A DNA stretch of 64,000 nucleotides from Thecamonas trahens ATCC 50062 (lineage: Eukaryota > Protista > Apusomonadida). Location: positions 310,001 to 374,000 of the forward strand of contig NW_013657661.1 in NCBI RefSeq assembly GCF_000142905.1, written 5' to 3'. Below, in pieces: positions 42,222 through 54,138 of this stretch. The notes below the pieces were generated by a model. It did no database searches, was not told the origin of the DNA, and saw only the letters and a program-made list of their open reading frames with translations. The position numbers were made by a program, and so were the translations under genes. Positions within the stretch are counted from its first letter, which is position 1; each line of letters starts with the position of its first letter.

Positions 42222-43336
42222 ATGGGCGACGGCGACAGCGACGCAATGCGCCCGCTGCTGGCGGATGGGCCTGTGCCTGGTGCTGGTGCCAGGCCTGCGG
42301 ACGGGGCGGTTGAGGCCGAGTCGGAGGTCAGCGAGGTGAACGGGACCGGGCATGACGACGGCTCTCGGGCGATGAGGCGCAAGGAGCTGGCGACAACAGT
42401 GCCTCATCCAGGCTGGCTACCGGTGGAGCAGGTGACCGAAGCGGGGCTGGATGGCGTTGGGCGGGGTAGCCGTGCCCGGCGGGTGTGGTGCGGCGGGGTG
42501 CGGCCAGGCCTGGTGCTGACGGCTGTGCTGATCGGCGGGCCGGCGTGCGCTGGCGCGGGTGTTGTCGCCCATGGCCTGGCGTGTGCCATGTCACCTCTGG
42601 GTGTGGCGGGCGTGGTGGCGGTGATGGCAGTGCTGGCGCTGGGTGCGCTCGTTGGGCTATGCGCGGCCTCGCTCCGTGATCCGGGCACGGTCGGGTGGAC
42701 AGCAGCCGGGGCGGGCCGGGCGCTGGCGAGCCGGTGGTACCTGCTGCAGACACCGATCGGGTGTATGCTGCATCGCGTGGAGGGCTGGAGTACGGAGTGG
42801 CTGTCAACGGGGTTGAGATTCGCGCGCGCTGGTGCGAGGCGTGCCGCGCGTGGCGCCCACCGCGGACAGCACACTGCAAGCTGCACGGGCGATGCGTCTC
42901 ACGGTTCGACCACCACTGCCCGTGGATTGCCAACGATGTTGGGCGTGCCAATCACGGGGTATTTATCGTCTTTCTCGTCCTCACCGTGGCGACAGCGCTT
43001 GCGCTGGTCATCAGTCTCGGCCTTGTTCTCTACCTGCACTCGTCGATGAGCGGCAAGTCGCAGTGCAGCTACGCATCGGGCCAGATGTATGCGGCGGGCA
43101 TGCTGCTCGCATATGCAGCCATGGGCGCGCTGGTGGTCAGCCCGCTCCTGGCCTACCATATTCAGCTCACTTCGGCCAACCTTACCACCAACGAGGACCT
43201 CCGCAAGCGCATCTCCTCGCGGACCTCGCCATACTCGGAAGGCTGCCTTGCCAACTGGCTGCGCCTCTGCTGCATCGACGCCCAGTTTGCACCTCTGCGC
43301 GAATCATCAGCTATGCAGTCCATCGCTTGCGTGTAG
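42222..43336 (+). CDS. DHHC palmitoyltransferase (Erf2/ZDHHC9-like); frameshift at ~42693
   Basis: Two TMs and DPG in the first frame. WCEAC..RPPR..HC....CV.RFDHHCPW, two TMs, TTNE and SPYS.G...N in the second frame. Confidence 0.9.
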
Positions 43337-43447
43337 ATCTTTGTGGGTAACACCGCCACCGCCCGCCACCATCCCCTGCGACCGCCTTGGCTATGGTGAG
43401 TCGGGCGACGGACGACAGACGACGACGGGCAGCCACCTCGCTCGGCC

Positions 43448-46400
43448 ATGGCAAGCCAGCGGCGAGGAGTCAAACAGGGGTGGCGAGGCCGAGAGCGGAG
43501 GTGGCAGAGCGAGCTGGGGCGGGCGGGTGTGGTGGTAGTGGTGGCAGTGGTGGCGCTGGTGGTGGTGCTCTCGACAGAGCCTGTGTGTGGCGTGGTGCAC
43601 CTGCGGGCGGCGGGGCGAGCGATTGGGGCGGGGATGACAGATGCGGCAACGACGGCGGTGGTGTATGGCGCGAGCAAGAAGAGCAGACAGATGCTGGCAG
43701 CAGCATGTACCCACATCGGGTTTGTTCCGCCGGATGGGGACCATGTCCACTGTGTGTGGGGTGATCCGCAAGTGGCGGCTGCTCTCGCGGCGGCGCAGCG
43801 GGTGGTCTTCCTTGGCTCGCCTCGGCGTCCAGACACCTTTCCGGTCCTTTCTCAGCGAGTGAGTGGCAGGGTGGAGCAGATTTCATCGGCGCGCGAGTGG
43901 GAGGCTGCGCTCGCTGGGTCTGATCCCATTGTTGACGTGAGCAGCGTTCCGGCGTTTCCACAATGACAAAGTGGGCGGTCCCGGTAGTCGCGCCGCGAGA
44001 TGCGGTGCCGGGCTGGCTGGATGGGCACGGTGTGGTGGTGGGAGTTGTCGATACTGGCGTTGACGTGGACCATTGCTTGCTGGCGGACGGGTGCAACGGC
44101 GACGAGGCGAGGCGGTCGACAACGGCGGACGGCTGGCGTGCGCCGGACGGCCGCAAGATTGTGGCGTACTTTAACCACACCGACTTTGATGACAGCCCCG
44201 GGGGCACGGAACGCATGTGGTGGCGACGCTTGTTGGATCTCCTCCCGAGTGCGCCGGTCCGGGTGCGGCCGTCGATTCTGCGACGTTTGCACCCGAGACA
44301 GCGCCGCTGGCGGGGTGGGGCGGGGCGGCGACTGGCGCACGGGTAGCGTTTGCGGACGTCGGTGACTCGAGCGGAGAGCTCGATCTCCCGCATGATCTGG
44401 CGGGAGCGCTCTTTGAGCCGCTGGTTGTGTCGGCAAACGCGACGATTGTGTCCAACTCGTGGGGCGCGACCGCCAACGTGTACTCGTTCGCGGCGTCGCA
44501 AGTCGATAGCTTTGTGGCGAGCCGGCCGGATGTGCTACTCCTGTTTGCGGCTGGCAACTCGGGCTCTGATGGTTGGTTCTCTGTCAATCATCCAGGGACG
44601 GCCAAGAACGCAGTGACTGTGGGCGCGACACATGCACCTGCGGCGTCATCGCACGCCTATCTTGCGCGCGGCCGAGCGGTGCTCGCGTCGCGTGGACGGA
44701 GCACGTCGTGGCTGGTCCGGCTCGCCTCGTTTGGCCCGCGACTGCCGCTTGGCGCAACGCCGATCTCGGGCAGGCTGGCGATGGCGAGCGATGGAGTGAT
44801 GTGCGAGGCGCCTGCGCCCGGCTCGCTGCGTGGCGTTGTAGTCTTTGCCGCCCGTGGGCGGTGTTCATTTGCGACCAAGGGCATGCTGGCAAGTGTGGGA
44901 GGAGCAGCGGCCGTGGTGGTTTTTGGCAGCGACGACTCGGGTGCCATCGGCATGGTGTTTGAGGCGGATGAAGCAGAGATTGCGGCCAACGTTACGGTGG
45001 TGACGGTTGCGGTGGCGGCGACGACGCGAAAGGTGCTCATTTCGGTGCTCGAATCCGGGGGAGACGCGAGTGTCGAGCTGAGCGGGCTCGATCCGGCGAC
45101 GCTCGAGCTCGACAGCAGCCTGGGCCACAATCTGCACCTGGACGTAGCGCCAGGCAGCGTGGCGTGGTTTTCATCGCGCGGACCGACGTTTGATGCACGG
45201 CCCAAGCCGGACGTGCTGGCGCCGGGCGCGTACGTGACGTCGGCCAACTCGCTGGATGGCTCCAACGCCGGCGGGTTCTGCAACGAAGCGTCGTTGGTGA
45301 CGTATCCGGGCACGTCGATGGCGGTGCCGCTGGTGGCCGGGATGGCAGCGCGGGTGACGCAACTGTTCCGGGCAGCAGGCCGCGAACCGAACGCGGCGCT
45401 GCTGCGTGCGGCGCTTGCGGCATCAGGCGCCGAGAGCACCACATCGGCGGCGCTGCCGGCGTTCTTTGCCACAGGCTTTGGCCAGGTCTCGCTGGCACGG
45501 CTTGTGCCGGCCGAGTGGCCGCGCGACGCGGGTCGGCTCCCGTTTGCGGCTGAGCACGGACAGGTGGCAGGTGGCGGTGACGAAGCTGTTCGTTGCTGGC
45601 AGATTGTCGACGCACAGAGTGTTTTGGTGGCGGCACTGGCTTGGACCGATCCTCCGGCCTCGGTTCTTGCCGCGCACCCGTTGGTCAACGACCTTGACCT
45701 GGTGGTGGCGCTGCCGTCGACGGGAGCAAGGCACCGGGCTGCAATCGACGGCAACAATCTTGAGCGGGTTGTGGTTGACCTGGTAAGCGCCGGGCTTGGT
45801 GTCGGTGACGTGGTGGTGGTCGGTGTGCAGGCGGGGCGGATGCTCTCGACCGAGGCCCAGGCGTACGGGCTCACAGTTCACGGCCTCACGCGTGCCGAGT
45901 GGCGCGCACGCGAACTAGAGAGTGTGATGGAGCTCTTGCCGCAAGCCGAATGCGCACAAGCTGTGGCAGCGATGCCGGTACCAGGATGCAACGGGCACGG
46001 CGAGGCGACGGCGCTTGGCGGATGCAACTGTGTGGCGCCGTACTTTGGCCGTGAGTGTGGCGACGCGGCGGTAGAAGTGGCAATCGGGGCAAGCGCTACA
46101 GGACAAGTGGGCATCCTGGGGTGGGCGTACTACGTGGTCACGCCAAGCATTGAGGGAATGCTCGGAGTGACGATGGACGCACCAAGCGTCAACGCCGATG
46201 CGGACCTGTTTCTCAGCGTCAGCGGCACACTCCCGACCGAGCTCGTGCACGATGCTGCCGATACCGGGACCGGGCGCAGCTCGCGGGCGTGGATATCGGT
46301 CTCTGCCGGGACGCGGGTGTACATCGGCGTCTACGGCTACTGCTGCGCCGACGCGGGGTTTACGCTCGAGACGGCGGTGGTGGCGCGGGACGCCATGGCT

Positions 46401-46571
46401 GACCAGGTCGTGCTGCCCGGCACCGAGCTGGCGAGTGTGGAAAAGGGTGAGCTGAGTGGTTGGGCGTGGTTTGCCGAGGGCGCGGCGATCGGAGTTGCAG
46501 TTGGAGGTGCAGCGGCGGCGGCGGTTATGGCTGGGTGCGGGGCATGGCAGGCGCGGCGACGTAACAGATAA
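43448..46571 (+). CDS. Membrane-anchored S8 subtilase (KP-43/TagC-like) with PA, EGF and PPC-like domains; frameshifts at ~43955 and ~44200
   Basis: Signal/pro region in frame 1. VVDTG and RKIVAY in frame 2. HGTHV (restored by +1 G), SNSWG, FAAGN, AKN.VTVGA, SSRGP, KPD, GTSMA, LAWTDPP..LVNDLDL, EGF and TM in frame 3. Confidence 0.9.
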
Positions 46572-46579
46572 AGATGGGC

Positions 46580-47152
46580 TCACCGCGCGGACGACGAGCG
46601 GATGCGAGCGGCGGCGGCTGAAGACTTGAGGCCGCCGCGGGCGGCGAGGCGGGCGAGGACCGGGCGGGGCGAGGCGGGCGACGCGTTGGAGATGTCAGCC
46701 AGGGGGCGCGAGGCAGGAGCGAGCTTGGCGAGTGGTGCTGGAGCTGAGGACGGTTGCTGAGGCACTGCGGCCTGCTCAGTGCAGAGGGCAGCGATCTGAG
46801 CACGGAGTGCCTCATTGGCGTCATGCATGTCGAGCAGGGCGTCGCGGAGTAGGGCGTTCTCATCGGCGAGGCGACGGGCCTCGGCAGCGAGTGCGGGCGT
46901 GACGGCGGGGTTGGACGACAGCGAGGGGCAAAGGCGGGCAAAGGCAGCATCATCGCGAGCGATGTCAAGCTCGAGCTCGAGCTCTTCGATGCGGGCAGCG
47001 AGCGAGGAGCAGCGCGAGCACGGCGGGGCAGGCGTGTCGGGAGGTGAGGCGAGCGAGCCCCACTCGGCGTCTGCGGTGGGGGAGGGTGGCGGGGACTGGG
47101 GTATAGAGCGGCTGTGTGTGTGTGATGATCCTGGGCGGGCTGTGCGGGGCAT
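46580..47152 (-). CDS. Hypothetical short coiled-coil protein with a D-box-like RPLADISN
   Basis: C..C followed by heptads (LAARIEELEL, LADENALLRDAL, ANEALRAQI). Start uncertain. Confidence 0.6.
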   Translation of the reverse strand: MPRTARPGSSHTHSRSIPQSPPPSPTADAEWGSLASPPDTPAPPCSRCSSLAARIEELELELDIARDDAAFARLCPSLSSNPAVTPALAAEARRLADENALLRDALLDMHDANEALRAQIAALCTEQAAVPQQPSSAPAPLAKLAPASRPLADISNASPASPRPVLARLAARGGLKSSAAAARIRSSSAR

Positions 47153-47435
47153 GGTGGCGTGTGTGGAGGGGTGTGGGGCGTTGTGGTTGAGGGCATGTTT
47201 GGGCGCGAATGCTGCGAGCGGACGCGGGCAACCGGTGCCAGGGACACGCGGTGTGGAAAAGAGGTTGGGGGGATGGGGATGAGGGTGACAACTGTCGAGT
47301 GTTCATGTTTCAGGCTTCCAATCAGAAGCAAGCGGGATGTGGGGAGAGTTGGTGTGGATGGGTCAAAGGCGAAGGTTGAGGAGAGTGGCTGACACTCGGA
47401 CAGCTACAGCTGAAAGCACAGCTGGTGAGGGTGGC

Positions 47436-48951
47436 TTACTCGTCGCCGTCCTTCTCCTTCTCGTCGCCGTCCGAGCCCTGCATGTCCGAGGTCCAGAGGG
47501 TGAGGTTGTCGCGGAGCAGCTGCATGATGAGCGTCGAGTCCTTGTACGACTCCTCCGAGAGGGTGTCGAGCTCGGCGATGGCGTCGTCAAAGGCCTGCTT
47601 GGCGAGATGGCACGCGCGGTCGGGCGAGTTGAGGATCTCGTAGTAGAACTGAAGACGAGCAAGCAGTGGAAAGAAGGGTGAGTGTGTGAAGAAGGGCAAA
47701 AAAAGGAGTTGGGGGGGGGGGGGGGGGGGGGGTCAGCGGCAGGAACGCGTGCGTGGGGACGAGGGGGGAGGGGGGGCAGGCAGGGCGAGAGTGAACGTAC
47801 GACCGAGAAGTTGAGGGCGAGGCCAAGGCGGATCGGGTGGGTGGGCGGGAGCTCGGTGAGGGCAATGTCCGAGGCGGCCTTGTAGGCAATGAGCGAGTTC
47901 TCGGCGGCAGCCTTGCGGCCCGAGCCGGTGGCAAACTCGGCGAGGTAGCTGTGAAAAGCGAAAAAATTAGGTGAGTACAGGTCGCGAGCCGGGGCAATAT
48001 GCGGGGGGTACAGAAGGGCAGGGGGGGGGGGGGAGTGGGGGTGAGCAGGGGGGAGAGCGTAGGCAGGGTAGCGTACCGGTGGTAGTCGCCCTTCATCTTG
48101 TAGTAGAAGACGCGCGACTCGCCGGTGGTCGACGACGGGATGAGGTGGTGGTCGAGGATGTCGAGAATGTCGGCGCAGATCTTCTGCAGCTCGGCCTCGA
48201 CGCGGGCACGGTAGGCGCGGATGCGCTCGACGTGCTCCTCGTTGCCCTTGGACTCCTCCTTCTGCTCGATGGAGGAGATGATGCGCCACGAGGCGCGGCG
48301 GGCACCGATGACGTTCTTGTAGGCGACCGAAAGGAGGTTGCGCTCCTCGACGGTGAGCTCGACGTCAAGCTTGGCAACAAGACCCATCGACTCGACCATC
48401 TCGTCGTACTGTGGGCGGGAGGATGTGAGGAGGGGTTCATACACTACTCACAAGGAAAGGGGAAGATGGGGGGGATGGGGGGGAAGGAGGGGGAGCGGAA
48501 GGGGGGCAGCAGCAGCACTGCTACCGTCGGCATGCCAGCGCTGCAACGGTTCGCAGCTTTGGCCGCAAAAAACGGCATTCAAAGGAACGGGAACGTACGC
48601 GCTCACTCTGCTCGGCGAGCTTGGCCTGCGGGTGGGAGGAGGGAGGAGAGCGAGAGAATCACGGAAAGAGGATGGTGAGTGCATACAGTTCGGGGAGGAG
48701 GGGCAGGCGGGGTTGGGGGGCATGGAAGCGGGTTAGGCGGCTGTATGGGTGGTGGGGGAACGTTTGCGACGGCGCCAAAAAAAGGTCCCCCAGACGCTGG
48801 GCATCGCCACTGGCCCGCATGACGGCGGTGGGTGCGGGACTTGGGTGCAGGGCGTAGCATAGGGAGCGGAGCGGTACAAGCAGACAGGGAGAGGGGGAAA
48901 GTACTCGGCATGACGACATACCATGTAAACGTTAGCGGCACGGTCGGACAT
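47436..48951 (-). CDS. 14-3-3 protein; exons 48951-48922, 48625-48599, 48408-48077, 47948-47801, 47648-47436
   Basis: Spliced product VYM|AKLAEQSER|YDEM...[21 protein letters not shown]...KMKGDYHR|YLAEF...LGLALNFSV|FYYEI...[20 protein letters not shown]. All four intron phases are consistent. Confidence 0.97.
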
Positions 48952-49035
48952 CTTCGGCGTAGAGTTGAAGAGGATAGTGTGGCGTTCCCGCTTGCGTCGA
49001 CGCCAGCCGCAACTAAGCGACCACTTGCTGGCAGC

Positions 49036-49110
49036 ACGATTCGTTCGTTTCGATTCGTTCGTTCGTTTCGTTCGTTCGTTCGTTTTGTTTGATTCGTACG
49101 TTTGTTTCAT
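49036..49110. repeat. Degenerate (TTCG)n tract between the HDAC stop and the 14-3-3 start
   Basis: cgattcgttcgtttcgattcgttcgttcgtttcgttcgttcgttcgttttgtttg. Confidence 0.85.
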
Positions 49111-49293
49111 TCCTTCCCGACGGTTCCGAGTGCTTTGTCCTGCTGGTTGGGCGAGTCATTTGTTCGGTTGCGGAACAAGGCGGAGGGCGTGGTTTTGATG
49201 CGAGGCAGTAAAAGGCTTGCGCGTGTGGGGAGAGTAGGTGGTTTGTTGGCTGCAGAGAGCAGGGGATGACAATGACGATGACGGGTGGAGCGG

Positions 49294-50768
49294 CTAGGAC
49301 GAGGCGGCAGGGACGTTGGTGGGCGGGCACTCGGGCTGGAGCTCGTTCTGGAGGACGCCTTGGGCAGCTGCAGCGGGATCGTCGCGATGCTTGGCGCGGC
49401 CGCCATCGCCAAAGACAGCGTCGTCGTAGAACTCGGAGGGATGAGTGCGGATCTTGTCGTAAGTGGCCTGGGAGATGCGGATGTCGGGGTCCTCTGCGTC
49501 CTCGTCGAGCTCGCCGAGGTAGGTCTCCGGCGGGACGTCGAGCATCTGGGCGGACGGGGCTGGCTCGACCTGGTGGAGAACCTGGAGGAGGTAGGCGGTA
49601 GACTTTTCGAGCTCCTCGCGCGAGTTGAGGTTGGGCATGTTCGACGGGTCGATGTGGAGGCGGAAGTCAGGGCCGTAGTACTCGAAAAAGTCGTTGAACG
49701 GCAGCTCGTCGTCGATGGGCTCGTCAAGGAGGACTGAGGTCTCGTAGGCCCAGCAGCGGGCGACGTTGCGGATGGTGTAGCCGCCTCCGCCGAGGACAAG
49801 GAGCGGGACGTTGAACGACTTCATGTAGCGGACGCACTCGGCGTGGCCGTCGATGGTGAGGTTGAAGCACCCGAGGCGGTCGCCGGCAAGCGAGTCTGCG
49901 CCGAGCTGGAGGACGACGGCGCCGGGCTGGAAGCGCTCCATGACGGCGGCCATGATGGGCTTGAAGATCATCTCGTACGAGGCGTCGTCCATGCCGTCCT
50001 TGAGCGGAAAGTTGAGCGCGTAGTTGCGACCCTCCTGCGCGCCGATGTCGCGGAGGTCGCCGGTGCCCGGAAAGTACTCGCCGAACTTGTGGAAGGAGAC
50101 GGTCATGACCCGGTCGGTGGTGTAAAAGGCCTCCTCGACGCCGTCGCCGTGGTGGATGTCGCAGTCGATGTACACGACACGCTCGTGAACCTTGAGCAGC
50201 TCCAGAATGCCAAGTACAATATCATTGACGTAGCAGAAGCCTGCAGCCTCGGACTTTTTGGCGTGGTGCAGACCGCCGGCCCAGTTGATGGCAATGTCGG
50301 CCTGCCCGTGGTTGAGCTTCATGGCGCCGGCGATGGAGCCACCGGCCGCAAGCTGGCAGAGCTCGTAGAGGCCGTCAAAAACCGGACAGTCCTCACCGAC
50401 GTTGAACCGGTGCAGCTGCCGCGAGTACTCGAACATGTTCTCGGGCGTGATGAGGCGGAGAAAGTTGAGGTAGTCGTCCGAGTGGAAGCGCGACATCTCG
50501 TCGTCGGTGGCGTAGTGCGGGCGATAGATCTCCATCTTGCGGTAGAGCCCGTAGTTGAGGATGAGGTTGTGGGTCATGCCCGACCGGATCGGCTTCATCG
50601 GGTGACCAGCAGCCAGATGGAAGGTCGGGATGGCGCCTGTGTGGGGAGAGGTTAGTTTTATGGAACACACTCGAGTGAGAGAGAGGACGGGGGGGGGGGC
50701 AGGGGGGGAGAGGAGGGAAGGGGGGACGTACTGTCATAGAAGTATGCGACACGACGGGAGTTTGACAT
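49294..50768 (-). CDS. Class I histone deacetylase (Rpd3/HDAC1-3); exons 50768-50732 and 50636-49294
   Basis: RVAYFYD|[61 protein letters not shown]. Intron 50637-50731 is GTACGT..ACTAAC..CAG. Confidence 0.97.
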
Positions 50769-51397
50769 GGTGTATGTATGTGGTGTATGGGCGAGTGGTT
50801 TGTGGTGGTGGTGGCGTGTATGTGTTTGGTGTGTGTGTGTGTGGGGCGGGGGCGTGGGTTGTGAGAGAGAGTGTGTGTGTGGGCTGGTGTGGCGTGGAGT
50901 GGTGTGTGGGATCGACGACAGTCAACAGGGGCAATGGTCATTGGTAAAGTCGCTCAAGGACATCGTCAGCCAATAGGAATGGATGGGAGGAGGGGGGAGG
51001 GGGAGGGGATGGGAGGGATGTCGGTGGAGGTGGAGGTGGTGGAGGGAGGGGGGCGGGCTATGTGAGTATGTGTGTATGCGTGTGTATGTGTGGGAGTGTG
51101 GGAGGGGCCGGGGTGTGGGGCGGCGGGTGGGGGGAGGAGCCATCGCTGAACGGTTGGTTGGCTTGACTGACAGAGGGGAAGGGAGGGAGGGAGGGAGAGG
51201 GACACGTGACTGAAGAGCACAGGCAGATAGAGTGCAACACAGGATCGGGGACGGTAGGTTGGGAGAGGGACGAAGGGATGGTGCGTGTGTGTGTGCGTGT
51301 GCGTGTGCGTGTGTGGTTGTGGTTGTGGTTGTGGTGGGTGAGTGCGTGTGTCGGCTGGTGGCAATGCGTAGAATCCTTACGTGTCGGGGCGGCAGAG

Positions 51398-52366
51398 ATG
51401 GACTACGAGGCAAAGCGGCTGGAGAACATCCGACGGAATCAGGAGATGCTCAAGTCGCTAGAGTTGGATGCGTCGATGACGGCGCTAATGGCAAACGCGA
51501 TGAGGCCGGTGGCAGCCAGCCTCGCCGAGGAGCATGGGGTGGCAGCCGAGGTAGCGGCAGCGCCGGTGGTGGTGGGCAAGAAGCGGCGGCGGGCACCGGC
51601 GCCGGATGCCAAGGCGCGGCAGAAGAAGGCGCGGGAGGCGGCGGCGCCGGTGAGGCAGTCGCGGCGGATCCGATCGCAGGTCGAGGCTGGGCGCGGGGTG
51701 ACGTCGTACGCCGAGGAGGCGCTCGAGGGCGAGGCGAGGCCGGTGGCGAAGCGGAGCAAGGCGTTGGACACTGTGTCGGCATCGGGCAAGTCGGAGGAGT
51801 TTGACGATGTCGAGTTTGTGACGATGGAAGAGTACTTTACAGCGCGCGGCATCGAGCCCAAGGTTCGAGTTGTGGGCAAGTACGAGGGATGGGTGAACCC
51901 GGACATTGCGGCCGAGCACGGCATTCCCGACTCGGCCAGTGATGCGTGGCGGCAGGGCGGCGGCGGGCAGTTTTCGTTTGCCAACCCGATGGGCATCGGG
52001 TCGAAGAACAAAGTCAAGGGCGCCAAGCCGCGCGGGTGGTCGTCGGCCAAGTTCTGGTCGTCCAAGCTCCTCTGCAAGAACCCGAACGCTTACTTTTACC
52101 GCCACGTCGCGCCGGGCTGCGAGCGCGCGCTCGGCGAGTGGACTCGCGCCGAGCACGAGCTCTTCATCAAGGTCGCCGCCGAGCACGGCGCCGGCAACAA
52201 GTGGGGCCTCTTTGCCTCGTACATCCCCAACCGTGTCGGCTACCAGTGCTCGGCCTACTACCGGCACGTCATGCTCAAAGAGGGCATCATCTGGGATCCG
52301 AACTGGCTGATGGCGCCTAACGGAGTCCCGCACTACTTTGGCCCGCGGGTCCGGCGGCGGTCGTAG
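51398..52366 (+). CDS. Myb/SANT-like domain protein
   Basis: N-terminal YEAKRLENIRRNQEMLKSL; C-terminal NPNAYFYRH..PG...GEWT..E...F......WGLF..YIPNRVGYQCS.YYR. Confidence 0.8.
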   Translation: MDYEAKRLENIRRNQEMLKSLELDASMTALMANAMRPVAASLAEEHGVAAEVAAAPVVVGKKRRRAPAPDAKARQKKAREAAAPVRQSRRIRSQVEAGRGVTSYAEEALEGEARPVAKRSKALDTVSASGKSEEFDDVEFVTMEEYFTARGIEPKVRVVGKYEGWVNPDIAAEHGIPDSASDAWRQGGGGQFSFANPMGIGSKNKVKGAKPRGWSSAKFWSSKLLCKNPNAYFYRHVAPGCERALGEWTRAEHELFIKVAAEHGAGNKWGLFASYIPNRVGYQCSAYYRHVMLKEGIIWDPNWLMAPNGVPHYFGPRVRRRS

Positions 52367-52498
52367 ATGCGAGATGCAGAATAAAAAATGTGGGACAGAG
52401 GTATGGGGGGGGGGGGGAGGGGGAGGGGGGAGGGGTTGCCAGCCAAGCTTCGCCGAGTCTGGCTCGTTGGCCAGCCAGTGAGCGGCAGCGAGTGCGAA

Positions 52499-52537
52499 TG
52501 ACTCGGCGAGTCGGCGAGTCAGCGAGTCAGCGAGTCG
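52499..52537. promoter_or_regulatory. Cluster of TGACTCG/CGAGTC motifs (8-bp unit x4) upstream of eIF2B-gamma
   Basis: tgactcg gcgagtcg gcgagtca gcgagtca gcgagtcg. Regulatory role is inferred only. Confidence 0.4.
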
Positions 52538-52593
52538 GGCAAGTGGGTGTGTTTGGTGGAGGCCGGCAGACGCAACTCGGCACCGACTTGGCC

Positions 52594-54111
52594 ATGGCTA
52601 CGACGCCCGAGGCAAGCAGCGTGAGCGAATACACGGTGGTGATTATGGCCGGGGGCAAGGCTCGCGAGTTGCACCCGCTGACGGAAGACACGGCACTGTG
52701 CATGCTCCCTGTGGCCAACCGCCCGCTCCTCTCGTACCAGCTGGAGATGCTCGCGAGGTGCGGGACGAAGCACGCCATGGTGGTGGCGTCCAAGTCGTCG
52801 GCCAAGTCCATTATGCAGTGCCTCGAGTCGTACCCTGTCCGCGGCCTGGTGGCCTCTGTCGAGGCGACCGACGACGACGCAGGCTCGGCAGACGCGCTCC
52901 GCTCGGTCGCCGACCGCATTAAGACCGACTTTGTGGTTGTCTCGGGCGACATCATCTCAGACGTCATGCTCCAGCACGTCGCCGACGTCCACCGCATGAA
53001 GGACGCCACCCTCACCATGCTCCTTGCCGCGCCGCGGTCCAAGAGGCGGCCCGGCAAGGGCGGCAAGGCCGCCGCCGCCGCCAAGGCCGCCGCCGCCGCC
53101 GCCGCCAAGGCCGCCGCAGAGGTTCCGCTCGAGGACCGCGACGTTGTCGCCCTCAACGAGGACGACTCCCGCATCGTCATGATGGCGTCGGGGGCAGACT
53201 TTGACGCCAAGGGCAAGGCTTCGATGCGCAAGTCGCTGCTCCGCCGCTACCCGCGCCTCGCCGTCTGCTCCTCGCTCATGGACACACACGTGTACTTCTT
53301 CGCCCACTGGGTCCTCGACCTGCTCGCCGAGAAGACCTCGTTCAAGTCGATCAAGGCCCACCTCGTGCCGTTCCTCATCAACAAGCAGTTCCGCCGCAAG
53401 ACGCTCTCGTCGCTGGCCCATCTTGCCGCTCCGGACCTCGCCCTCATGGGCATCGAGCCGGTGGCGCTCGGCCTCGGCGGCGGCGCCGACGACTCGCTCG
53501 CTCTCCCGCAGCAGCACTTTCTCTCTCGCTCGACTGGCGGCGAGAGCGAGACGCCCAAGGCTGGTGGCGACTCGCTCTCGGCCCGCGCTCTCTCATCAGG
53601 CCAGATCTCGCCTGCAGAGGTCGCCGCAGACCTCGTCCGCTGCCACTACGTCCTCGCCACCGACGTCTACGCCCTCCGCATCAACTCGATCGAGTCGTAC
53701 AAGGCTGCCAACCGCGACGTGCCCGCAAAGAACCAGGTTTGCGACCTGCGCCCGCTCATTCCGCCCTCCTCGCGGTATCAGTTTATCGCAGACTCGGTCG
53801 AACTGACCAACATCAACGCCGTCGGATCCGAGTCGTGCGTCGGCGACTCGACAACGCTCGGCGACGGCGCCACCGTCAAGAAATCCAACATCGGTGCACA
53901 TTGTACCATCGGCGCCAACGTCAAGATTGTCAACTCGGTCGTCATGGACCACGTCTCCATCGCTGACGACGCCGTCATCGCAAACTCGGTCGTCTGCGAG
54001 TCCGCCACCATCGGCGCCGGCGCGCGCCTTGAGAACTACACCGTCGCTGGCGGCGCCACCATCGAGCCGGCCGCTGACCACGACGGCAACTCGTTTGTCC
54101 CGCCGTCATAA
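52594..54111 (+). CDS. EIF2B3: Translation initiation factor eIF2B gamma subunit
   Basis: VIMAGG...L.PLT.....LPVANRPLLSY.L..L, GSADALR....IKTDFVVVSGD, LMDTHVY, SIK.HLVPFL..KQF, and a C-terminal left-handed beta-helix (VKKSNIGAHCTIG..VKIVNSVVMDHV). Confidence 0.92.
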   Translation: MATTPEASSVSEYTVVIMAGGKARELHPLTEDTALCMLPVANRPLLSYQLEMLARCGTKHAMVVASKSSAKSIMQCLESYPVRGLVASVEATDDDAGSADALRSVADRIKTDFVVVSGDIISDVMLQHVADVHRMKDATLTMLLAAPRSKRRPGKGGKAAAAAKAAAAAAAKAAAEVPLEDRDVVALNEDDSRIVMMASGADFDAKGKASMRKSLLRRYPRLAVCSSLMDTHVYFFAHWVLDLLAEKTSFKSIKAHLVPFLINKQFRRKTLSSLAHLAAPDLALMGIEPVALGLGGGADDSLALPQQHFLSRSTGGESETPKAGGDSLSARALSSGQISPAEVAADLVRCHYVLATDVYALRINSIESYKAANRDVPAKNQVCDLRPLIPPSSRYQFIADSVELTNINAVGSESCVGDSTTLGDGATVKKSNIGAHCTIGANVKIVNSVVMDHVSIADDAVIANSVVCESATIGAGARLENYTVAGGATIEPAADHDGNSFVPPS

Positions 54112-54138
54112 CACGAGAGAAGGAGTTCAATGGATTGG

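Noticed and set aside
43448-46571. Subtilase, DHHC, DUF547 and LIM-RhoGEF as pseudogenes
   Set aside because: Catalytic motifs are intact, there are no in-frame stops beyond the shifts, and all shifts are same-direction single-base deficits at homopolymers.
36117-54111. Functional cluster of eIF2-alpha and eIF2B-gamma
   Set aside because: They are 15 kb apart with several unrelated genes between; chance is plausible in a compact genome.
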